DNA of 38,755 nucleotides from a virus (Duplodnaviria > Caudoviricetes): the IMG/VR virus record IMGVR_UViG_3300032232_000294, positions 1 through 38,755 of that record; one strand, given 5' to 3'. The notes under the pieces are model-generated. The model searched no databases. It was given only the letters and a program-made list of their open reading frames with translations, and was not told the origin of the DNA. The translations under genes and the position numbers were made by a program. Below, in pieces: positions 1-7,667 of the stretch; the stretch's first letter is position 1; every line of letters begins with the position of its first letter.

Positions 1-114
1 AGTCGTGCCGCCAGTTGCAGTACGCGAACCAGTGGTGAACTGCTTGATGGACTGCGACATATTGATTTCGTCGAAACCAAGTACGCCAGTACCCATCATG
101 CCGTTCTTGAACTG
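1..114. repeat. Terminal direct repeat (circular assembly overlap), left copy
   Basis: 1..114 is identical to 38642..38755, and the capsid ORF reads through the junction in frame. Confidence 0.95.
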
Positions 115-681
115 CTTGCTGATCGTGTCGGTTGGGTTAAATAGACCCTTCAGACCTTCAACCAAACCAGCGTTTGCGGCTGGGTTAACAGTTGCATAAC
201 GTGGCGACATAACAGCAGCGTTTTCGTTCAGCTTCTGCTGTGCAGCAAGAAGAACAGCCGAAGTAGCTGGTGTAGTGCCGGGCGTTCCAACAGTGTTACC
301 GATGGTCAGATACGAGTTGGCAACGTCAGCGTCGATGCTTGCAGCAAGCTGCGAGATACGTGGCTTGAGAACGCGGTCAGCGAAGTCATCCAACTGCATC
401 GTCAATTCAGCAGTGGTGAAGTTAACGCCGATGTGCTTCTGGGTGGAAACAGCAAGAGTTGTGAACTGCTCGTTGTCATCCTGTACCTGAAGGGCTGCGC
501 CGTCAGTTACAAGTGCGCGATCCGGCAAACGGATACGCAGGGTTGAACCAATCTTTGCGCCTTCAACAGCAAAGCTGTCATCGTACTGGCGGTTTACGTT
601 ACGTGTGAGTACAAGGTTGTTCTCAAGGATTTCGAGAGCCTTCCGTGTAATCATGTCAATGGTTAAAATCGAGTTAGACAT
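1..681 (-). CDS. Major capsid protein, P22 coat (gp5)-like, 5' part; continues at 38641..38114, about 402 aa in total
   Basis: Hand translation from ATG at 681: MSNSILTIDMITRKALEILENNLVLTRNVNRQYDDSFAVEGAKIGSTLRIRLPDR..., open to position 1; directly downstream of the scaffold gene. Missing from the ORF track because it crosses the window end. Confidence 0.92.
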   Translation of the reverse strand, partial: MSNSILTIDMITRKALEILENNLVLTRNVNRQYDDSFAVEGAKIGSTLRIRLPDRALVTDGAALQVQDDNEQFTTLAVSTQKHIGVNFTTAELTMQLDDFADRVLKPRISQLAASIDADVANSYLTIGNTVGTPGTTPATSAVLLAAQQKLNENAAVMSPRYATVNPAANAGLVEGLKGLFNPTDTISKQFKNGMMGTGVLGFDEINMSQSIKQFTTGSRTATGGTT

Positions 682-696
682 GGAAATAATCCTAAA

Positions 697-1485
697 TTAT
701 CGGTTGCGTTGTGCCTCGTACTTCTTGATCTGTCGCATCCGTTCTGCCTCAATCCAATCTGACGTACTCATGGACTTTACGGCCCGTGGGTCTGTCGTAT
801 CAAATGTCGGCGCACCAGAGGTGCGGGCATTGACAGGAGCAATCGGTGGCGGGGCGTTGGATGTTTTTTTGAATGTAGGCTCGGCTGAAAGCCTTGCCTC
901 AATCATTCCAATTTCCCTAGCTTGCAAAATGGGGTCTAGACGCGAAATACGCTGGGCATCTTTAGTGTTGACACCTAAGTGATAAATCACGTCGGGGCCA
1001 ATGTCGGACGCTTGTATTGCCATTGCCATCGCGTCGGTGATCGGGAGGTTGGGGTTGTATGCGACTTGTTCAAAGTCATCATACTTGTCCCGCGCTGCCT
1101 CTTCACGTTCGTGATAAGACTCTAGCATTGCACGTTGCTGGGTATCCCTTTCACGGCGTACCAGCATTTCTTCGGCTTTACGCTCGGCCAAAACCTCTGC
1201 GTAATCCTCGTAAGTCTCAAATTGTTCAGGGGTTATGTCGTGGATCGGCTGCTGCCGGGCCTGCATTTCCTCTGCTCTTTGAGCCTGTTCGCGTTCCCAT
1301 TTACGCTGCTCTCTTGCGAGTCGTTTGCCTACGATGGCGTCTAGTTCTTCTTGGGAGAAGGACTTAGATGCTTCCTGTTCAGCAGACTGCTCTTCCGGCG
1401 TCGTGTTTTCTACAGGCTCGATTGCTGCCGTGGCTTCGAGTTCTGGCGCGGAGGCATCCGCTTCGGTAAAGACATTATCGTCCAT
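697..1485 (-). CDS. Capsid scaffolding protein
   Basis: 262 aa, acidic and helical (FSQEELDAIVGKRLAREQRKWER), immediately upstream of the coat gene. Confidence 0.85.
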   Translation of the reverse strand: MDDNVFTEADASAPELEATAAIEPVENTTPEEQSAEQEASKSFSQEELDAIVGKRLAREQRKWEREQAQRAEEMQARQQPIHDITPEQFETYEDYAEVLAERKAEEMLVRRERDTQQRAMLESYHEREEAARDKYDDFEQVAYNPNLPITDAMAMAIQASDIGPDVIYHLGVNTKDAQRISRLDPILQAREIGMIEARLSAEPTFKKTSNAPPPIAPVNARTSGAPTFDTTDPRAVKSMSTSDWIEAERMRQIKKYEAQRNR

Positions 1486-1522
1486 GATTAACCCTTAAAG
1501 AGTTCCTGATGAGCCGCATCAG

Positions 1523-1575
1523 TACGGTTGGTGGCTAGACTACATCATTTGGTGCAGTCTGGCAATAATGTTAGT
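1523..1575 (-). promoter_or_regulatory. 53-bp repeat copy A: sigma70-like promoter (TTGCCA-N17-TAGTCT) with internal dyad, upstream of scaffold/coat
   Basis: 51/53 identical to 3225..3277; -35 at 1560..1565, -10 at 1537..1542. Confidence 0.7.
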
Positions 1576-3214
1576 TAGGGACGCGCAGCATACGAAAACC
1601 TACGCCGCCGCTATCAGCGGCGCCCGCAGTAATACGCTTTAGTGCGCCATTAACATAAATCTCAATAGCATCAGTTTGATCCGACGCTTGAAAACGAGCC
1701 GTAGCATTGACGTTTATATAGCGTACATTTGTGGACCGAATATAGCCATCAGTATCAGTTGAATCCCAGTTAACAATCGGATTTCCCGCATTAATGCCAA
1801 AATACCCATTTCCATCAACTTCGATACGTGGTGATTTTACGTAGATTTCATCTTCGTTATAGTAATTAGCGGTCGCGTTATCAAAGATAACAAGGTTGCA
1901 TGACAATACACGAGAGTAGTTTTCAATGCCATATGTAGCATGGCTGGTAATTTTACCCCCAGAAATAATCACGCGGTCATCTGGAACGGCTGCCCCAACA
2001 TAGACACCTGATGCTGCAATGCTGCCGTGGCAATAAAATAGCGGCGAAAAGTAAAAGTCCTCGCCAGCGTCTATTTTAATGCCGTAGCTGGATGGAAAAT
2101 CAACTTCTAGGTCATCAAACAAACCAAAAGCGGGAATACTCCCGCCTGAAGTGTTGCGAATATGAACGCCTATAGTTGGTTTAACAATAGTGACTGATTG
2201 CGTTTGAAGCGTATTACAGTCTCCATCCCACATAATGCCAACAGCAACATGGTCAGAAGATAAGTTTACACCAATAAGGCGCAAAATATCACTGCGATTT
2301 GATGCGTTCCCAAACCAATGAATACCATACGCGCCGCGAATGTTATTTACCCATGCGTTTGTTACATCACAAACGTTAGCTTTTTGCACGTATAAAAAAT
2401 TGTATGGGTTATAGACGCGCACGTTGTTAATGGTTGAGCGGTCTGCGTTGATAATTGATATGACATAGCCGCCAGTCATATTTTGACCTTCAATTTCGCC
2501 GTCGCAAATTGTTACGTTGCGAAGACCGCCAGTAATAACAAATCCATTGGATGCGCCATTAAAGTCAATTTTAGCACCATTTAGGTTTATAATCTGGTTA
2601 TCACCTGTAGCCGAGAGAGTTCCAGTTACCTTATAAGTTTTGCCAGAGCCAAAGAAAATGCTTTTGCCAGTGTTAAGGGCAAGTTGAATAGCTGTAGTAT
2701 CATTTGCCACGCCGTTGCCGACAGCGCCAAAATCTTGCACTGAAACAGCATCGCGCATTTTGTCCAACGAAGATCGGCTAACTGCGCTTAAACCGCTTTG
2801 CGAAAACCCAACATAACCCGCGCCAGTAGATGACCCAAGATTGTTAAACGCAGTCTGTACGTTTGTAGCTGTTGTATATCCAGAAGGCGTTAAGGATACA
2901 TCCGTTGCGGTTGTAGCCTCGCCTGCGCCCGATATATTGTCGTATGCCCCAATCAAAACAGCAGTTGCTGTTTCAATGGTAAATTTATATTTTAATCCAT
3001 CAGTCAGCCAAATTTCGCCGCCCGGTACGCGCCCTGCGCTGTCTAATATAATAGGGTTGGCGTGAGGTGTATTGCCCGACGAACTAGTATACGTTGTTTG
3101 TGGCGTAGTTGTGCCAGCAACACACGTATAAATCTTGCCGCCCGACAAAATAACGCCATTATTATCAAAAAACTGTGATGCGGCGCCGCCAAGTGGCGAT
3201 AAGTTAACAGCCAT
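1571..3214 (-). CDS. Tailspike 1 (conserved N-terminal virion-attachment domain + pectate-lyase-like beta-helix)
   Basis: N-terminal GKIYT..AGTTTP..NPIILDSAGRVP; SVQDFGAVGNGVANDTTAIQ motif followed by beta-helix-like sequence. Confidence 0.85.
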   Translation of the reverse strand: MAVNLSPLGGAASQFFDNNGVILSGGKIYTCVAGTTTPQTTYTSSSGNTPHANPIILDSAGRVPGGEIWLTDGLKYKFTIETATAVLIGAYDNISGAGEATTATDVSLTPSGYTTATNVQTAFNNLGSSTGAGYVGFSQSGLSAVSRSSLDKMRDAVSVQDFGAVGNGVANDTTAIQLALNTGKSIFFGSGKTYKVTGTLSATGDNQIINLNGAKIDFNGASNGFVITGGLRNVTICDGEIEGQNMTGGYVISIINADRSTINNVRVYNPYNFLYVQKANVCDVTNAWVNNIRGAYGIHWFGNASNRSDILRLIGVNLSSDHVAVGIMWDGDCNTLQTQSVTIVKPTIGVHIRNTSGGSIPAFGLFDDLEVDFPSSYGIKIDAGEDFYFSPLFYCHGSIAASGVYVGAAVPDDRVIISGGKITSHATYGIENYSRVLSCNLVIFDNATANYYNEDEIYVKSPRIEVDGNGYFGINAGNPIVNWDSTDTDGYIRSTNVRYINVNATARFQASDQTDAIEIYVNGALKRITAGAADSGGVGFRMLRVPN

Positions 3215-3224
3215 TAAACATCCT

Positions 3225-3277
3225 TACGGTTGGCGGCTAGACTACATCATTTGATGCAGTCTGGCAATAATGTTAGT
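3225..3277 (-). promoter_or_regulatory. 53-bp repeat copy B: same promoter and dyad, upstream of tailspike 1
   Basis: -35 TTGCCA at 3262..3267, -10 TAGTCT at 3239..3244, 17-bp spacer. Confidence 0.7.
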
Positions 3278-3282
3278 GCTCA

Positions 3283-5736
3283 TTACGGATTATCAATTCC
3301 ACGATTTAACTCGCGCACTTCGCAATCAAGTTCGTATAAAATTCGACTTGTTGCTGGAAGCGTTACAGTTACATCAACAGTCCAATAATAATCACTTCCA
3401 ACCAATCCGCTTGCACCTTCTAGATCTTGATAATCTTTGAAATGATAAATTGGATTGGCAAGAGTAATGCTCCATCCATTGATGTCCGTGGTTAAAGCAG
3501 TATTTTTTTGAAAATATGTTTGGCTTGTTGGGTATCTATTAGCCGCAACATCATAAACAGTTTCGCTTGAACCGTTATTTCCTTTTGCGATAAAAGTTAA
3601 TCTTGTCCAAAACTGTGTCTGTGCAGGAATGTTACTTGTTTCTGTATAAAGTTGCAGTGTAAATGTTCGAGTTAAAGACCCCGTAGCAACCGTTTCTCTC
3701 CATAGATTTGGAAGATAATATTTTCGTTGCGGCCAACGACCAACATTTTTTGTCCAAATGGGCTGGAAAGATCGTGTGTTTTTTTGCTTCCCAGCAAATC
3801 CACCAGAAATGTAAGTTTCATAAGCGCTTGTATTTACAGGCGTTGGAACAGTGGCCGTTGTATAAAGTTCAAAGGTATTTGTGGTTACATTTTGAGCAGT
3901 AAATACAACGTAATTAACCTCAGTCATTCCTACTACAGCGGTTAAACGAACAAGGTCTCCATTGCTCAATCCATGAGCAGTAGATGTTACTACACCGGGA
4001 TTTGCCTTTGTTATTCCCGTTACAGCAGTGGGCGTTCCATCATAGCCAAATCCCGGCTCCCAATATACAGGGATAAGTCCGTTATTTGCAAATGAGCGCG
4101 TGCTCTGTTCTCTTGTTAATCTGTAACCCGGCGAAGAAAGATTATTCCCATTTCCAATTCTTATTGATTCAATACCAATACCATCAGCAATTCCAATGTC
4201 AGGAACATTGCAGTCATTTATTTCAATATCTCCGATTGTCTCTCTATTTGAAATAATGGCTGTTGTTGAATTAAATCGAGTGATTCTTTTTTTATACCCT
4301 AGCGCCCAATCAACATAGGCTGGTAATGGGCTGATACCGTTAGTGTTAGACCCTATAACTCCATCAGTACGACTAGCAGAACAATCCTCAACAATGTCCC
4401 CAACACTACGAAGGTCTAAGCCAAAAAGACCTTCACGGTTTATAGAATCGTGAACGTTTCTAAATGTGTTCCGTATAGATGGGTGAGTTTGAATTACTCC
4501 GTCCGTGTCAAAGCAAAAACCATTAACAAACAATGTATCTTGCGACCAGACTTGGGTGTCTAAATGCCTAACTTGAAAAGCTGTGAAGTTACTAACTACC
4601 GTATAACGTGATCCGTCAGTTATTCGTGGTGAATACCTTGATTTTATAAATTGAACATTATTAAACAAGGTTCTGTCACAACTTATGGTAAGAAAAACGT
4701 CAGACCAGCCGATTGACCATCCACGAACAGAACCAGCAATGCTGGCGTTTTGCCAAGCACTATTTGAAGTTCTTATTAGACGTAAAAAGTTTCCACCCGC
4801 ATCCGTTCCCGTGTCTCCGCATAGGATATTTACGCCATTGGCTTGAATGCCAAGGGGATTTGCAAAATCAACTCTTGGTGCTTCCGATACAGTGAAAAAG
4901 AAGTCCAACGGCTGGTCAAAGGAAATTGTGTTTCCAACAATGCCCACGACTCTGCGAACGCATTGTTTTTGGTAATTAAAGAGAGAAGAAACCTGAGTTG
5001 CTGTATCAATGTGAATTAAATCACCTTCAGATACACCTTCAACACTTAATACATTCATGTAGCTTTGACCAATAGCAAGATCAGCCGTAAGTTCGGTTGT
5101 TGCTTTTACTAAATTTTGAATAGTAAGTTTGTCATTACTAGTGGCAAAATACAAAGTAGCGTCACCATCACCATACAAAAACTTATTTGTTGGTAGGTTA
5201 TAAGTTCTTATCTCTTTTATTCTATATGTTCCTGCTGGAAAATAAACGCTGTTTGAAGCGTTTAATGCTTTTTCAATCGCAACCCAGTCATTAGTAATTC
5301 CATCCCCAACAGCGCCGAAGTCTTTAACAGAGACAGTTTGAGATAATTTATCTTCTACCGTGTATCCGCTTGTAACTGCGCCAGCAAACGGCGGATCATA
5401 AAATACATTGTCCGCGGTAAGTACAGCGTCTGAAATATCGTTAATGCCTGAAATGTTATCGTATGTACCAAGCAGTACGCCCGTAGATGTTTCAATAGAA
5501 AATTTGTATACTAAGCCGTCGGTCAGCCAAGTTTCGCCGCCCGGTACACGCCCTGCGCTATTCAAAACAATAGGGTTTGCGTGCGGCGTGACACCTGACG
5601 CACTAGTGTAAGTTGCTTGCGGGGTAGTGGTTCCAGCGGCATACGTATAGATTTTGCCGTTTGACAAGATAACACCGTTGTTATCTAGAAATTGACTAGC
5701 TGCGCCGCCTAACGGAGAAAGATTAACTGTAGGCAT
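3283..5736 (-). CDS. Tailspike 2 (same N-terminal domain, pectate-lyase-like beta-helix, FCCH-like beta domain)
   Basis: First ~100 aa paralogous to tailspike 1; SVKDFGAVGDGITND; VTGITKANPGVVTSTAHGLSNGDLV segment typical of phage FCCH-like domains; visibly AT-rich. Confidence 0.85.
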   Translation of the reverse strand: MPTVNLSPLGGAASQFLDNNGVILSNGKIYTYAAGTTTPQATYTSASGVTPHANPIVLNSAGRVPGGETWLTDGLVYKFSIETSTGVLLGTYDNISGINDISDAVLTADNVFYDPPFAGAVTSGYTVEDKLSQTVSVKDFGAVGDGITNDWVAIEKALNASNSVYFPAGTYRIKEIRTYNLPTNKFLYGDGDATLYFATSNDKLTIQNLVKATTELTADLAIGQSYMNVLSVEGVSEGDLIHIDTATQVSSLFNYQKQCVRRVVGIVGNTISFDQPLDFFFTVSEAPRVDFANPLGIQANGVNILCGDTGTDAGGNFLRLIRTSNSAWQNASIAGSVRGWSIGWSDVFLTISCDRTLFNNVQFIKSRYSPRITDGSRYTVVSNFTAFQVRHLDTQVWSQDTLFVNGFCFDTDGVIQTHPSIRNTFRNVHDSINREGLFGLDLRSVGDIVEDCSASRTDGVIGSNTNGISPLPAYVDWALGYKKRITRFNSTTAIISNRETIGDIEINDCNVPDIGIADGIGIESIRIGNGNNLSSPGYRLTREQSTRSFANNGLIPVYWEPGFGYDGTPTAVTGITKANPGVVTSTAHGLSNGDLVRLTAVVGMTEVNYVVFTAQNVTTNTFELYTTATVPTPVNTSAYETYISGGFAGKQKNTRSFQPIWTKNVGRWPQRKYYLPNLWRETVATGSLTRTFTLQLYTETSNIPAQTQFWTRLTFIAKGNNGSSETVYDVAANRYPTSQTYFQKNTALTTDINGWSITLANPIYHFKDYQDLEGASGLVGSDYYWTVDVTVTLPATSRILYELDCEVRELNRGIDNP

Positions 5737-5764
5737 TTTTAAGCCCTTTTTCTGGTGTAAATGG

Positions 5765-6982
5765 TCATGCTGTAATCGCCTGCAAACTAGAATCTGAAAG
5801 ACGGGTGTTGTAATAGCTTATAGTGCGGAGATAGCCATTCAGACTGTTACTTGCGGCTGAATTTCCAATTTGCAATTGGTTGACCGTTGGTATTGTGCCA
5901 GAAGTATCTACTACCGCAGCGCCTCCACCAATCGACGTTGCAAAATCATTTAGTGTGTAAGCCCCAGCCATTTTGTATGTTGTGTTTGCAGCTACAGTTC
6001 CTGCGTCAATATTTGCTTGGTCAACGCCTCCATCTGTAACCGTAAAGAATGGATCAGCCGATACAGTACGCAGCCGAATGCTTTCATTTGCCGTGTTGTC
6101 GTTAGCATCCAGAATTGTGCGTGTTCCAGATATAGTGGACGTTGTGAATTGAGAAACAAACGTCCCTGCGCTGGCGTTAAACCAACTAGAGAAATTTGTG
6201 CCTGTCATCGTCGCTATGTCAGCCGTGCGTGTAACTGTGCTTGCAACCGTGGGAATGTAGCTGGTAGCAAAGGCTCCGAGTTCAAGTTGTGCGCCCCAGA
6301 TGTAGTAAGTTCCAAGTGTTCCAACATTGCCAGATAATCTTAATTCTGGACGCTGATTTGTTTCGGTCGCCGTGTAAGTGTATCTAACCCACGAAGTCGT
6401 TGGAGTTATTGTGACAAAATTAACTCCACTCTGTATAAATAACGTTAAGTTTGGCTGACTCGCACTTGCGGCCTTTACCCAAAAAGACACAGTATATGTT
6501 CCTGATCCTAAACTAAGGAGTGCAGTCAACAGGCGGGATCGGTCGCCTGAAGTTGTCCCAGTTGAGGCAAATACAACTTGGTCTGCAGTCATAGTGCCAT
6601 CAGGCGCAGTTGCGGCATTGGCAGTTACTACAGGGGCAATGCCTGTACCTTGTATTGACTTCTGCCAATAGGCATTGTCAAATTCTTCAGACCGCAAGAC
6701 TAAATTTGTTCGCTGCTCCTCAATAAGCAAGCCTTTTGCCGCAAGAGTTACAGGATCGTAATCAAAGCGTGGTGCGTTAATCGCTGCCGTTTGAACTAAA
6801 CCATTGCTGCCAACAAAGGTTGCAGTTGTTGATCGTGTGAACGTAATCCGACTGTCTAGTGATCCAGATAGGAAGTCAAATAAAATAGGGTAGGTTGTGG
6901 TTTGCCCGCGTGTTGACCGTAGAGTTGTTGAAGACAACAGCCCTATACCTAAACCATTACGGACGGGGATGCCAAAACTCAT
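5765..6982 (-). CDS. Virion fibre with carbohydrate-binding / LamG (ConA-like) domain; possible head-spike fibre
   Basis: FTRSTTAT..APRFDYDP..GLLIEEQRTNL and WGAQLE..ATSYIPT motifs; LamG-like C-terminus. Confidence 0.7.
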   Translation of the reverse strand: MSFGIPVRNGLGIGLLSSTTLRSTRGQTTTYPILFDFLSGSLDSRITFTRSTTATFVGSNGLVQTAAINAPRFDYDPVTLAAKGLLIEEQRTNLVLRSEEFDNAYWQKSIQGTGIAPVVTANAATAPDGTMTADQVVFASTGTTSGDRSRLLTALLSLGSGTYTVSFWVKAASASQPNLTLFIQSGVNFVTITPTTSWVRYTYTATETNQRPELRLSGNVGTLGTYYIWGAQLELGAFATSYIPTVASTVTRTADIATMTGTNFSSWFNASAGTFVSQFTTSTISGTRTILDANDNTANESIRLRTVSADPFFTVTDGGVDQANIDAGTVAANTTYKMAGAYTLNDFATSIGGGAAVVDTSGTIPTVNQLQIGNSAASNSLNGYLRTISYYNTRLSDSSLQAITA

Positions 6983-7293
6983 CTGATGTTGATCGGCTTT
7001 GCGTACAAAGTGCCGCCTGCGCTGATCTGAATTGCGCTAACGCGCCATGAGCCGCCCGTAGCGTCGCCGCCTGATTGTGGTACGTAAATTGGTACAGGCG
7101 TGCCTGCAGGCAGTGGAGTGTCAGCCGTTGTAGCCGTGACGCCATTGCCAACGCGGATATACGCGTCAGTTGTAGACCAGACCAACACACCTTGCGGGCC
7201 TGCGGGCCAGCCCGTTACAGAACCAGCAGTACCTGTGTACGCTACGCTTTGCGTGCCGAAAGCAGAGTCATTAAGAGGGCGTAAAAGTTCCAT
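6979..7293 (-). CDS. Small virion structural protein (possible spike base)
   Basis: 104 aa beta-rich G/T/A protein, coupled (ATGA overlap) to the fibre gene. Confidence 0.5.
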   Translation of the reverse strand: MELLRPLNDSAFGTQSVAYTGTAGSVTGWPAGPQGVLVWSTTDAYIRVGNGVTATTADTPLPAGTPVPIYVPQSGGDATGGSWRVSAIQISAGGTLYAKPINIR

Positions 7294-7304
7294 ATGTCGC
7301 GTCC

Positions 7305-7667
7305 TTATGCGAGAAATTTAAGTTTATATAGTGTGCTGTAATACAAGCCAAAAATTTCGTCGATAATGTTTTGAAGTGAAGTACACTCCTTATCAACGAC
7401 TTTATACCTCATTGCATCAAGTTCGTCTACCTGACCTTCAAGAAACTCAACAATGTTGTTGGTTTTCTTAGCTGACATAAGCGAAATAGGGCCAATTAGG
7501 CCATATTTTCCTTGGTACGCTTCGGCAAATTTGTCAGCTAATTCAATGACTTGGTCGTAGAACGTGTTCAAAGCAGAGTGCTTGGAAAAGCTGCGCGTGT
7601 TCAGGTGCGTCGAGTGAGCCACATCGCGCGCAAGAAACAGTGTACCTACAAAATCAGCGCAACTCAT
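7305..7667 (-). CDS. Ferritin-like / Dps-like protein (DUF5856-like)
   Basis: H-LNT-SFSK-H-SALNTF-Y-DQ...AD-KF-AE pattern parallels the Dps HW..H...Y...D..AE motif; helical, 120 aa. Confidence 0.7.
   Translation of the reverse strand: MSCADFVGTLFLARDVAHSTHLNTRSFSKHSALNTFYDQVIELADKFAEAYQGKYGLIGPISLMSAKKTNNIVEFLEGQVDELDAMRYKVVDKECTSLQNIIDEIFGLYYSTLYKLKFLA

Noticed and set aside
1-114. Biological terminal repeat
   Set aside because: It falls mid-capsid gene and is best explained as circular assembly overlap.
1540-1556. NtrC box (TGCACCA...)
   Set aside because: The dyad is 16 bp rather than 17 bp, and the other copies diverge from TGCAC-N7-GTGCA.
1506-1560. Hammerhead ribozyme (CTGATGAG)
   Set aside because: No stem II followed by GAAA; the sequence pairs with the adjacent CATCAG instead.
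1571-5736. Diversity-generating retroelement or invertase tail switch
   Set aside because: No reverse transcriptase or recombinase is present; the repeats are direct and their differences are not adenine-specific.
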